A stretch of 64,000 bases of DNA from an uncultured Thermoplasmata archaeon (lineage in GTDB: Archaea > Thermoplasmatota > Thermoplasmata > RBG-16-68-12): contig CAVYJM010000011.1 in NCBI GenBank assembly GCA_963768855.1, forward strand, positions 160,001 through 224,000, written 5' to 3'. This document shows, piece by piece, positions 48,382 to 57,485 of the stretch (the stretch's first letter is position 1; every line of letters starts with the position of its first letter). Under the pieces are notes generated by a model. The model did not search any database. It was given only the letters and a program-made list of their open reading frames with translations, and was not told the origin of the DNA. Both the position numbers and the translations under genes were made by a program.

Positions 48382-49362
48382 TCACCTCAAATGCTTCTGC
48401 AGGAACTCACGCTGCCGCTGGCTCGCCCGGTCAAAGACCGGACTTGGATGGTGGAGAAGGCCGAAATGACCTCCCTCCACCTCCACGAGTTCCTTGGGTC
48501 CCGAGGCCCGGTCGAAGGTCATCCGGGAGATGACGTCGCTTGCCCCGGGCATCTCGTCCCCCGGGGCGACCATCACGAGGAGGGGGACCTCGAGATGAGG
48601 GGTGCAGAGGGCGGGGTGCAGCGGGACCGACACAGCGGGGCCGCCGACAGTCGCCCAGTTTTCCCATCGGGTGCCGAAGCGGCCTCCGTACTCGATGAAC
48701 CATCGGAACGCCGTCAGCGGGGTGAGGAGCGAGGGAGCCCTGTGCTGGTCCGCGGAGACTACAGGCAGTGGGCCGGTCGTGGTCTCGGGCATGGTACGCA
48801 GGTCCCCGTGGAGGAGGGTCCCCTTAAGAGCTGCGAACAGCGAGCCGTTCGCGTCGGCGGGAGGCGGACCATCCCCGCAGGCGGGCACCTGCGCAACCAC
48901 CGCCTTCACACGAGCGTCGAAAGCCCCGACGACAAGAACCTCCGCGCCGCTCATGCTGTCGCCCCAGAGGGCGACCCGGTGGATGTCCACATCCTGTCTC
49001 TTGGCCAGGAAGTCGAGGGCATCGCGGTAGCCGCGAGCCTGCACCCACTTGTTGAGCTCCTGCCGTGGCTCGCCGCCGCTGATTCCGAGGTTGCGGTGGT
49101 CGTAGAGCAAAACCGCGAAGCCTGCCCGGTGGAAGACATCCGCGTAGGCATCGGCGACCATGCCCTGGATCGTTGCGGAGAAGCCGTGGGCCATGATGAC
49201 CGCGGGCGCGGACTCAGTCGCTCCCGCAGGGACATACAGCCTACCTCGCAGGGTCGCGCCTTGCGAGGGGAACTCGACTGCCTGGAACGCTGATTCCTGC
49301 GTCGGTCCTGGCGTCGGAGTCGTCCGATTTGGATGTGTCTCTCGCGGCGTCCTGCCTTTCAT
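48382..49362 (-). CDS. Alpha/beta hydrolase
   Basis: VIMAHGFS, YDHRNLGISGG, LWGDSMSG nucleophile motif, GGHF; ATG overlaps the upstream TGA. Confidence 0.85.
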   Translation of the reverse strand: MKGRTPRETHPNRTTPTPGPTQESAFQAVEFPSQGATLRGRLYVPAGATESAPAVIMAHGFSATIQGMVADAYADVFHRAGFAVLLYDHRNLGISGGEPRQELNKWVQARGYRDALDFLAKRQDVDIHRVALWGDSMSGAEVLVVGAFDARVKAVVAQVPACGDGPPPADANGSLFAALKGTLLHGDLRTMPETTTGPLPVVSADQHRAPSLLTPLTAFRWFIEYGGRFGTRWENWATVGGPAVSVPLHPALCTPHLEVPLLVMVAPGDEMPGASDVISRMTFDRASGPKELVEVEGGHFGLLHHPSPVFDRASQRQREFLQKHLR

Positions 49363-49814
49363 TCCAGCGCGCCTTCCCGGAGCTCCCAGAGGGCGTTGAC
49401 GATCAACCACCGCCTCTCCCCGAACTTGGCAAGATGAAGGTAGTCCACATACTGAGGCGAGACGCATCGGGCCGTGGCGACGTGGCGGAAGACATGGAGA
49501 ACATCAATCTGGTAGCCTCGCTGGGACGCGGGGACCTCGGTGCCGCCTCCCTGCCGAGTCGCCTCGACCATACCGTCGAAGGTGCTGGGACGCCTCAACT
49601 GCCAGGTCCCAGGCTCAGCGCCCGGGACGATTGTTCGCTTCACGAGATCCGGATGGAGGCAGCGGCGCATGCGTTCAGGGTCACCGTCGTACCACCCTCC
49701 GACGTAGTCCCGGATGGACTCAACGATGGAATCGTAGTCTTCCTGGGCCGGGAGCCAGTTTCCGCTCTCGGTGGACTTCTTCAGGTCATCGCCCCCCCGT
49801 TGAGAGGGCGGCAT
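49359..49814 (-). CDS. NTF2/SnoaL-like (lumazine-binding-like) protein
   Basis: DYVGGWYDGDPERMRRCLHP...YVDYLHLAK..RWLIVNALW. Confidence 0.8.
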   Translation of the reverse strand: MPPSQRGGDDLKKSTESGNWLPAQEDYDSIVESIRDYVGGWYDGDPERMRRCLHPDLVKRTIVPGAEPGTWQLRRPSTFDGMVEATRQGGGTEVPASQRGYQIDVLHVFRHVATARCVSPQYVDYLHLAKFGERRWLIVNALWELREGALE

Positions 49815-50061
49815 ATTGTTCGGCCTTAACTCTTTTCCTCTTTAGCGTGGAAGGGGAAAGTGCCCGCACTTGCGGGTGGCTACCGGCACTGGCCGCATCG
49901 CGAGCAGTGCCACCGGCCGTTTTGCGGAATCTGGGCGAGGGATTGACCGCAAAGACTACAGCACGGCGGCCCGGTCCAAGGACCCTCAACCGTAGGACCG
50001 ATTCCCACCGGATGATCAGCGGGGATCGCTCGATACACGCGTGAGGCCACCTTTCGGTCCC

Positions 50062-50144
50062 GAGGAAGGTGTCCTGCCTCCGTCGCCCCCTCGCGGCCGG
50101 AAGGGCTTTGCCCGATGAGGTTCGAAGCCACATGACTTCGAACC
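50062..50144 (+). repeat. Island repeat copy B (full, with 9-8-9 palindrome)
   Basis: gaggaaggtgtcctgcctccgtcgccccctcgcggccggaagggctttgcccgatgaggttcgaag-ccacatga-cttcgaacc. Confidence 0.8.
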
Positions 50145-50194
50145 ACTGTGGAAATGAAGGCCCGACGGAGAGCCATCGGACCTCTTGGGCCAGG

Positions 50195-50460
50195 TTACGT
50201 GCGTGCAGGCACTGGGATAGCTGGTTGGATTCCCGCGAGCATTCTGTCAACGACTTCCTGGAAGTCACGCAGGGAGCGTAGCTCGCCGGCTTCCATGGCG
50301 CGACGGCCATAGGCCTCCATGAGCTCCGTGTCACGCCCCACGAGGATTGCTTCGGCCTCCGGAAGGAGTTCCTCCTCGAGCTTGATGTGCTCGCGCTGCA
50401 TCGTCAGGTACGTGTGCGCGGCCTCGAGGAAGGCTCTGCCCGCGGATGGGTCCGTTGACC
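50195..50460 (-). pseudogene. C-terminal remnant of a hemerythrin (HHE) protein
   Basis: FLEAAHTYLTMQREHIKLEEELLPEAEAIL resembles the second HHE half; the upstream part is not protein-like in frame. Confidence 0.45.
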
Positions 50461-50647
50461 CGAGCCCGAGTCCGTCGCCCACCTTGGGCGTGTCTCCCTC
50501 GCTCCCTGCCCTTGGACGGTCTGTGGGAGCCCGCGGTGCGCCCCAGCCGAGCGTCTCGCATGACCCTCCCTTGAGGTTCTCCGAAAATTGCAACCCGGGT
50601 TTCGAAACCTTCTTAAACGCCGCGCGTCGCTACCACTCGGAAGGCCG

Positions 50648-51208
50648 ATGTCATTCGAAACGGAGGACTGTCAGCACCTCGTCGCGGACGCGGGAGCCAT
50701 CCTGGATCGGGACGGCGTGACGGAGGCGAGCTTGAGGGCCGTCGGCTCGCGGATGCAGCGTATCGCGGGCGCCTTCGAACCTCGCACGGTCGCGGGCCTC
50801 AAAGCCCTTCACGGGACGGGGTCCTCGTCCACGGTCCTCCACAGCGAATCCGTGGACGGGCTCACCCTCGCTCTATCCCGATTCCCCCCAGAGGCCGCGA
50901 CCCCGGTCCACAACCACGGGACGTGGGGCGTCGCCCTCGTGATCGAAGGCAGGGACCACCACATCCACTGGCGCCGGATGGATGACGGCTTGACCCCCGG
51001 GCGCGCCAGGCTCGAGATCGATGCCGACGAGATCGTCCCGGGGGGCGAGTTCGTCTCCTGGCTCGGGCCGCCGGGAGACATCCACAGTCAGCAGGGCGTC
51101 TCGGGGCCGGTGTACGAGCTCGTCCTCTTTGGCCGTAACGTGATGGTCCATCCCCGCCTGTATTTCGACCCCGCCGCGGGGACGGTCCGCGAGCGCTTGC
51201 CCCAATGA
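50648..51208 (+). CDS. Cysteine dioxygenase-like cupin
   Basis: TPVHNHGTWG and GDIHS metal motifs. Confidence 0.8.
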   Translation: MSFETEDCQHLVADAGAILDRDGVTEASLRAVGSRMQRIAGAFEPRTVAGLKALHGTGSSSTVLHSESVDGLTLALSRFPPEAATPVHNHGTWGVALVIEGRDHHIHWRRMDDGLTPGRARLEIDADEIVPGGEFVSWLGPPGDIHSQQGVSGPVYELVLFGRNVMVHPRLYFDPAAGTVRERLPQ

Positions 51209-51213
51209 CGGGG

Positions 51214-51257
51214 GGCCCCGCCCCCTCGCTCCCGAGCGGCCGGAAGGTTCGTATCCC
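51214..51257 (+). repeat. Island repeat copy C
   Basis: ggccccgccccctcgctcccgagcggccggaaggttcgtatccc, directly after the stop at 51208. Confidence 0.8.
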
Positions 51258-51271
51258 CTGCGGATGATACT

Positions 51272-51607
51272 ATGTCGGAGCGGGTGCGTGTGAGAACCCC
51301 CCAGAAGGTGGGTGTGCTCGGCATCGTGCTGATTGTCGTAGGGGCATCCTTCACGGTTCTCCTTCCGTGGAGCGGGACGACGCTCAGCGGTGCCTCGTAC
51401 CCCGTAGGAGTCGCCTTCTTCGCGCTCGGCGGAGCCCTGTTCTTCGTCGGTGTTATCTGGGCATGGGTGGTCGGGTTTGCGAACGCCACACGGGCATGGG
51501 ATACGGTTCGACGGCCGCTGTTTTGCCCCGCGTGCGGCCAGCGGTATCCGGAGGAGCAGGGACACACCTGCCCGAAGGATGGCTCGGAACTGAGACCCGT
51601 GGCGTAG
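51272..51607 (+). CDS. Small membrane protein with C-terminal zinc ribbon
   Basis: Two TM segments, then FCPACG...CPKDG. Confidence 0.7.
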   Translation: MSERVRVRTPQKVGVLGIVLIVVGASFTVLLPWSGTTLSGASYPVGVAFFALGGALFFVGVIWAWVVGFANATRAWDTVRRPLFCPACGQRYPEEQGHTCPKDGSELRPVA

Positions 51608-51613
51608 GTGACT

Positions 51614-51637
51614 CCGAGTCGGCCGGAAGAGCTACGC
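51614..51637 (+). repeat. Island repeat copy H (degenerate, right half only)
   Basis: ccgagtcggccggaagagctacgc versus consensus ccgagcggccggaagggctatgc. Confidence 0.55.
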
Positions 51638-52384
51638 ATTGCAACCCTTTGGGCATCGCCAAGACCCGTCGCCACCATCGTGCTCGTCGAGGGACTCGAT
51701 GTCCGGGAGCCACGCCTGACCGCATTTTCGACATTGGACGATGATGCGCTGGGAACCAACGATGTCCACGACTTCGAAGAAGGCGGAAGCAGGCGGCCTC
51801 ACGCCTGAACGAAGAAAGAACCGCGGATAAGGTCTTGCAGCCGGGGGGGCGGATATGAGGAAAGGGCCGAGGTCCGCAATGGACCCCGGCGTGCAGGGGA
51901 ACAGGGCGTCGGCTAACGAAGCACGAGGAGCGTCTCGATAGCATTCTGCTAAATTGCCCGGCTCAGGCCTATCATCCCGAGCATAGTGTCAAAGTTCAAT
52001 CCTCGCTGATTGAAGTCCCTGGCACATCGTTTTCTCTCCATATGGAAGGCAACTCGCTATGGGTCCGGACGGACCTGTTCTCTCCATTAAGTCAGTCTAA
52101 GGGGAAAGTGAGGCGACCGGGGGTGCCCAATCGCCTCATGCGGGGACAGTAGACCAGACGACGAATCTCGCCTCCACGCGCTGATTGATTCCGGTTTGAA
52201 GGATTGACCACGAATCCGCACGACGGCGCTCCACCCATACGCCCGGTGCAGATTTGGCCTGTACCTGTCGTCAAGGTACCGACTAGACTCCCGTGGCACC
52301 TTTCCCCTTCATGCTGCGCCCTCGCGGGCGCGGCCCCTTCCGGGGCAAACAACGACTAAGTGCCGGGAGCTGCATCTCGCCAGC

Positions 52385-52579
52385 ATGGCTCTCAAGATGA
52401 GCGCGACGGGGATCATTGAGGTGTTCGTCTTTCTTGGCGTGGCAACCGTCGCCCTACTGCTGGTTGGGGTCGCGTCGAGCATGGAACAAGTCTTTCTTCT
52501 CGGCATTGGAGTTCTAATCCTAACTGGCATCATGGCCGGGGTTGTGGTCCTCTACAGGGCGCTCTCCAGCCCGGAGTAG
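52385..52579 (+). CDS. Small 2-TM membrane protein
   Basis: 64 aa, hydrophobic. Confidence 0.55.
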   Translation: MALKMSATGIIEVFVFLGVATVALLLVGVASSMEQVFLLGIGVLILTGIMAGVVVLYRALSSPE

Positions 52580-52597
52580 GCGGTCTCGAGCACGGGC

Positions 52598-52951
52598 ATG
52601 CTCGTGTTCGCCGCGATGTCGGGCTCGAGACCTCGGCTGCGGCGGTGGGGAGCCCTCCTCGGCCTCTTGGCCTTCGTCCTCGCACTCGTTGCGCTCCTCT
52701 ACGTCCTGGTGCTGCTCCCAGGAGCCGCGACTCAAGACATCGGGGCTCCCGCCATTCTGTACTCGGGCTTCTGGGGTTCCGGAGACTACTCATTCATGCA
52801 TGGAGGTGCAACCGTCACCTGGGGAGCAGGATGGGCCTGGTACGCGCTCATGGCCGCGGCCGTCCTGTCTCTGATTGGCGTCATCGTCCTGTTCCGCGCG
52901 CGGGCACCATCCTCCATGCAGGCCGCTCCGCAGGCAACACAGCAGCCGTAG
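52598..52951 (+). CDS. Small membrane protein ending QAAPQATQQP
   Basis: Two TM segments and a TWGAGWAWY motif. Confidence 0.65.
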   Translation: MLVFAAMSGSRPRLRRWGALLGLLAFVLALVALLYVLVLLPGAATQDIGAPAILYSGFWGSGDYSFMHGGATVTWGAGWAWYALMAAAVLSLIGVIVLFRARAPSSMQAAPQATQQP

Positions 52952-52954
52952 TCC

Positions 52955-53040
52955 AGAGGAGAGTGCCCCCGCCCCGTCGTCCCCCGAGCGGCCGGAAGGG
53001 CTATGCCTCGAAGAGGTTCGAAGTCACATGGATTCGAACC
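52955..53040 (+). repeat. Island repeat copy D (full, with 9-8-9 palindrome)
   Basis: agaggagagtgcccccgccccgtcgtcccccgagcggccggaagggctatgcctcgaagaggttcgaag-tcacatgg-attcgaacc. Confidence 0.85.
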
Positions 53041-53130
53041 CGCCGGGTCACGGTCCCCTCTAGGCTGGGGGAGGACCCTCGGGCCTGCCTCCGCTACAGT
53101 TAAGCGGGGACATCCCTTGGGCCGGCCCTG

Positions 53131-53967
53131 GTGACGCCCATGGTTCCGAGGACCGCGGGGGATGCCTCTCAGCTCTGGACCGCCTTCCGCCACCAGTCTC
53201 TCTTCTACTTGCGGACGAACCGGTTCCTCGGGCTCCTCGCTGTGACTGTCGCCTTGGCCGCCGTTTTCCTTGCTTTTGAGCTGTATGCCGGGACCGCCTC
53301 GGTTTTGGCGACGAACCCGACAGCTTCCTCCTATCTCGCAGGGTCCCTTGGAAGCGTGGGGTTCAGCGTGGCCCTCACCGCCGCGTTCTTCGGAGGCGAT
53401 GCGATCGCGAGGGACTTCGGGAGCGCCACGGGGTACTATGTCCTCGTCCTTCCCGTGCGTCGGAGGGTCCTGCTCCTGGGACGGTACCTCGCAGCCTCCC
53501 TGGTCTCGTTCGGGGTCTTGCTCTCCTACTACGCCATCGCGGCGGCGGGCACCTGGTACTTCTACGGGGGCCTCCCCATGACCCTGGCGGCCTCCCTCGG
53601 ACTCGGGGCGCTTCTCACCCTCGCGACCGTGGCCTTCGCGTTCTTCCTGAGCTCCCTCTTTCGGAACCCGTCCGTGAGCATGATCGTGACCGTCCTCCTC
53701 CTCTGGATCGCCCTGCCTACCATTACCAGCGCTGTTGGCGAATTCGGCGGCATCGAGCCTTGGCCGTCTTTGTCCTACGGCAGTAATGTCGTCACCTTGG
53801 TCTTCGCAGGGAGCTACGCTCACGACTCCCTCATGACGATTGGCCCCCTAACGTTCCATGTCTTCCAGCCCTACATCTGGGAGGGGATCGCCATCATGAT
53901 CGCGTACCTCGTGATTTTCCTCGCAATCGCGGGCCTCCTGTACCGTTACAAGGAGGTCCGCGGATGA
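53131..53967 (+). CDS. ABC-2 type exporter permease
   Basis: FFGGDAIARDFGSATGYYVLVLPVRR..LLGRY; 6 TM segments. Confidence 0.85.
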   Translation: MTPMVPRTAGDASQLWTAFRHQSLFYLRTNRFLGLLAVTVALAAVFLAFELYAGTASVLATNPTASSYLAGSLGSVGFSVALTAAFFGGDAIARDFGSATGYYVLVLPVRRRVLLLGRYLAASLVSFGVLLSYYAIAAAGTWYFYGGLPMTLAASLGLGALLTLATVAFAFFLSSLFRNPSVSMIVTVLLLWIALPTITSAVGEFGGIEPWPSLSYGSNVVTLVFAGSYAHDSLMTIGPLTFHVFQPYIWEGIAIMIAYLVIFLAIAGLLYRYKEVRG

Positions 53968-54902
53968 CGTCGGGACCGAGCCTCGAAGCGGCCGACCTCA
54001 GCAAGGCCTACGCCCGCGTACTCGCGCTCGACGGCGTGTCGTTCCGGTACGAGGGGCCGGGGGCGATTGGCTACCTCGGGCCCAACGGCGCGGGCAAGAC
54101 GACGACCCTCAAGCTGTTCACGAGCCTCCTCCGGCCGACTCGCGGGCGGGCGTTCGTTGACGGCATCGACGTTGCGAAGAATCCGAAGGCGGCCCTCGCG
54201 GATGTGGGCGCATTGATTGAAACCCCCGAGCCCTACCCACGTCAGAGCGTGGAGGAGGCCCTGCGGATGGTGGGGGAGTTCCGGGGCATACCAGCTGAGG
54301 AACTCCGGGAGCAGATTGGGAAGTACGTCGAGGCTTTGGATCTTCCGCCCCTCGACGCTCGGATTGGCAGCCTCTCGAAAGGCCAGAAGCAGAGGGTCGT
54401 CTTCGCGGCGACGCTCCTCGGGGACCCACGACTGCTCCTCCTCGACGAGCCGACGAACGGCCTCGACCCGGCGGAACGGGTCCGGGTACGCGAGGTGCTG
54501 CGGGACCTCAAGAAGGACCGCCTCATCTTCATGAGCTCCCATCTGCTCCAAGAGGTCACGGAGGTCTGCGACCGCGTGATGTTCCTGAACCGGGGCAAGG
54601 TCCTCCTCGAGGACTCTGTCGCTCACTTGGCGGATCGGTTCAAGGCGACGCGGGTTGATGTGGAATTCAGTGCTCCGGTCGCCATGAATCGCCTCAGCCC
54701 GCTGCAAGGCCTAGCCCTAGGGGTCATGGCCCTCTCGGACCGCCGGCTGCGGATCGAGTTCGACGGATCCACGGAAACCCGCACGAAAATCCTCGTCGCG
54801 TGCCAGGCCGTCGGCGCCGTCGTCTCCTTCAGCAGCGCCGGCCTCGCGCTTGAGGATGCGTACCTCCAGCTGCTTCAGGGTTCAGCCAACGGCGGCCGTT
54901 AG
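53964..54902 (+). CDS. ABC transporter ATP-binding protein
   Basis: GPNGAGKTT, LSKGQKQR, LLLDEPTNGLD, SSHLL. Confidence 0.92.
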   Translation: MTSGPSLEAADLSKAYARVLALDGVSFRYEGPGAIGYLGPNGAGKTTTLKLFTSLLRPTRGRAFVDGIDVAKNPKAALADVGALIETPEPYPRQSVEEALRMVGEFRGIPAEELREQIGKYVEALDLPPLDARIGSLSKGQKQRVVFAATLLGDPRLLLLDEPTNGLDPAERVRVREVLRDLKKDRLIFMSSHLLQEVTEVCDRVMFLNRGKVLLEDSVAHLADRFKATRVDVEFSAPVAMNRLSPLQGLALGVMALSDRRLRIEFDGSTETRTKILVACQAVGAVVSFSSAGLALEDAYLQLLQGSANGGR

Positions 54903-54960
54903 CCCCAGCAGGCAACCCACCGGGCGGGCCGCTCCAAACGCAACCCAGCAGCTGTAGCCA

Positions 54961-55049
54961 AGAGGGAAGGTGCCCTCGCCCCGTTCGCCCCCGAGCGGCC
55001 GGAAGGGCATTATCCCCGGTGAAGTGCGAAATCACATGGAATCGAACCC
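54961..55049 (+). repeat. Island repeat copy E (full, degenerate palindrome)
   Basis: agagggaaggtgccctcgccccgttcgcccccgagcggccggaagggcattatccccggtgaagtgcgaaa-tcacatgg-aatcgaaccc. Confidence 0.85.
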
Positions 55050-55186
55050 ACGAGTTCGCTACTGATGTGTCAAGGGCGTCTTCGATGGCCGCCCACGCTA
55101 CTCCGACCTGAATCGGATGGCTCACGAGGTGCTAGCCGAACCTCGTGACGACGACCGCGACGGCAATCCAGAGGACGGCCGCTTTG

Positions 55187-56173
55187 TCAGGTTCTGTCGT
55201 TGTGTTCCAAAGTTATGACCACATTTCCTTTTTTGCGTCCTGTTTCGACATACCTGTGGGCCTCGGCGGTCTGCTCCAACGGATAGCGTCTGTCGATGAC
55301 CGACCTGATCTTTCCCGCCTCAATGAGCTCTTTGAGGGCGGTCAGATTCTCGGTGCTGAGGGGCGCTGCCCCACCGACTATTCTCTTGCCGCCTGTAACC
55401 GAAGTCCATCGCCCTCGAATTCTTGTTGACAGCGAAGGGTTACCCAAGAGTAAGATTCCTTCTTCCTTCAGTGATCCTACGCAACCCGAAAACGAACCCT
55501 TGCCTATCACGTCAAAAATGACATCATAGGTCTTGCCGCTTTTGGTGAAGTCTTCTTGAGTGTAATCAATGACATGGTCTGCACCAATGGAGCGCAGCAT
55601 GTCCAATTTCCCCGCGCTGTCCACGCCCGTCACCTCAGCCTCGAATGACTTGGCAAGCTGCACCGCAATGGTGCCTATGCTTCCACCCGCACCATTAATC
55701 AGAACCTTCTGTCCGCTCTGGATCCTTCCCTTTCGAAGAAAATGCAAGGCATTGAGTCCTCCGAGAGGAACGGCGGCAGCTTCCTCATAGGTCATGTTGG
55801 CTGGCTTCAGTGACACGCTTTCTTCAGGCAGACATGCGTACTCAGCATAGGCGCCAAAATGAAAACCGGTAGCAGCAAAGACCTGGTCACCTTTCCTAAA
55901 GCGCCTTACCTCTTTGCCTACTGATTCGATCTCCCCGGCTAGCTCCTGCCCCAGGATGGTTACTCTCTTTGGTCTTCTGAGACCCGTATACATTCGCATG
56001 AGGAGCCGGAACAAGATGGCGAGTCTGAGACTTCGCATCTCACAGTCCCCTGCTGTCACCGTTGTCGCGTGCACTCTTATCAGTGCTTCATTGTCCTTGG
56101 GATTCGGTCTTTCGACCTCTTGGAGCTCAAGACCATCCGGTGGTCCGTATTTTGTCCACACGATCGCTTTCAT
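55187..56173 (-). CDS. MDR-family NAD(P)-dependent oxidoreductase (alcohol dehydrogenase/quinone reductase-like), low GC
   Basis: [42 protein letters not shown]; AT-richer codons than the host. Confidence 0.9.
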   Translation of the reverse strand: MKAIVWTKYGPPDGLELQEVERPNPKDNEALIRVHATTVTAGDCEMRSLRLAILFRLLMRMYTGLRRPKRVTILGQELAGEIESVGKEVRRFRKGDQVFAATGFHFGAYAEYACLPEESVSLKPANMTYEEAAAVPLGGLNALHFLRKGRIQSGQKVLINGAGGSIGTIAVQLAKSFEAEVTGVDSAGKLDMLRSIGADHVIDYTQEDFTKSGKTYDVIFDVIGKGSFSGCVGSLKEEGILLLGNPSLSTRIRGRWTSVTGGKRIVGGAAPLSTENLTALKELIEAGKIRSVIDRRYPLEQTAEAHRYVETGRKKGNVVITLEHNDRT

Positions 56174-56526
56174 GGGTCCCCTCCAAGAGGGCCTTGATCC
56201 GACCATCTTTCCATGTAGTTCTAAAATCTATCCCACGAGTTTGCCGGACCTAACCACCCAAGTTCTGTTGGGGCGGGGTCTCGCCCGCAGCCCCGGGTGG
56301 AAACCCCGAAGGAGCCGCCGAACGCCGTGAATCCTGCGGAGGGCGGGAACTCCGGCACCGGGAATTGCCTGCGCTCCCGAGGAACTCCGGAGGTCTCGGG
56401 TGGGGAACACAGTCTCGGATTCGCTATCGGGAATCCGGCGAGAGGCGCTAAGAGTGCGATTCCCACATACTCCGAGCGTCCGGTGGGAAACCGGCACACA
56501 CGACAGAAGAGAAGGGAGGGAAGACA

Positions 56527-57267
56527 ATGGAGTACCGTGCGAGTGGTTCGAACGAGCATATGATTGGAGAGACGAAGCTTTGGCGTTCCTCGGAGGCGCG
56601 CCTGCTTGAACCGCCAGCCAGCGAACTCCAGTTCGCCTTGGCGCGTGGGGCCGGGGAGCTGAGAGACCTCGAACGACGGATTCAGCGCATCCAAGCCTCG
56701 ACGGAGCGCGTCCTCGCCTCGAGCCGCGGGCTTCTGCCCGCCTACAGTCCGCTCGCCGCCGAGATCGCGGAGGCGGCACAGGAAGCTGAGCAGGCCCAGC
56801 GGCAGATTGGATCGACCCGGGCGTTCTTGGAGAACTCGACGGGACCCGTGGGCGCGGCCGGCGCATTCGCGGCGCTGGGCGCGGTCGCAGGTCCGGCCTC
56901 GAGCATCCAGGGCTCGCGAGGGAGCGAGTTCCCGAGCTCCCACGTCCGGCTACCTTTCGTGGAGATCCGGGACAACGGCAAGGAGTTCCTCGTGCGAGCG
57001 GAACTCCCGGGCATGTCCAAGGAAGACATCGAGGTCGAGGCTACGGAAGGCTCCCTCCGCGTCCTTGCGGAGCAGGAGGACAAGGCGACGGAGGCGGGGC
57101 AGCTCATATCCGGCGAGCGCCTTGCGAAGCAGTTCGAGCGGACCGTGGCATTGCCCGAGTACGTGGTGCCGAGCAAGGCCATGGCCGCGTTCCGTGACGG
57201 CATCCTCGAAGTGACGCTGCCGAAGAAGCACCCGGGAGAGCCCGCGCAGAGGTTGATCCTCAAGTGA
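56527..57267 (+). CDS. Hsp20/alpha-crystallin protein with long N-terminal extension
   Basis: PFVEIRDNGKEFLVRAELPGMSKEDIEV...FERTVALP...FRDGILEVTLPK. Confidence 0.85.
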   Translation: MEYRASGSNEHMIGETKLWRSSEARLLEPPASELQFALARGAGELRDLERRIQRIQASTERVLASSRGLLPAYSPLAAEIAEAAQEAEQAQRQIGSTRAFLENSTGPVGAAGAFAALGAVAGPASSIQGSRGSEFPSSHVRLPFVEIRDNGKEFLVRAELPGMSKEDIEVEATEGSLRVLAEQEDKATEAGQLISGERLAKQFERTVALPEYVVPSKAMAAFRDGILEVTLPKKHPGEPAQRLILK

Positions 57268-57485
57268 TCCACGAGGATCGGTACATAGTTCGCCGGGGTT
57301 GAGAGGCCTCTGCCTGCAGGGACAGGACATCGGTAGGCGTCGGCCTTGAGTCCTGGCAACTACCCGTCCATTGACTCGGATTTCAGAGGTATAGAGCAAA
57401 TCCGCACGACGGCAAACCTTGAGAACATGCAGAAAAGGCCGGGGCTTCGCTGCCACCCGTCGGAGACCATGTGCACAGAGGCTCT

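Noticed and set aside
51608-52352. Short ORFs 51608..51808, 52087..52299 and 52092..52352
   Set aside because: No recognisable motifs and atypical composition. They are likely non-coding or decayed DNA.
56379-56510. RNase P RNA or cobalamin riboswitch resemblance (gaggaactccgg ... acagaag)
   Set aside because: Too short, and the 3' P4 strand and B12-box consensus are missing. Reported only as a generic structured leader.
52213-57413. 15-bp exact repeat aatccgcacgacggc at 52213 and 57399
   Set aside because: Both read PSCGF on the minus strand and most likely are decayed zinc-ribbon gene remnants. There is no flanking similarity to suggest a functional site.
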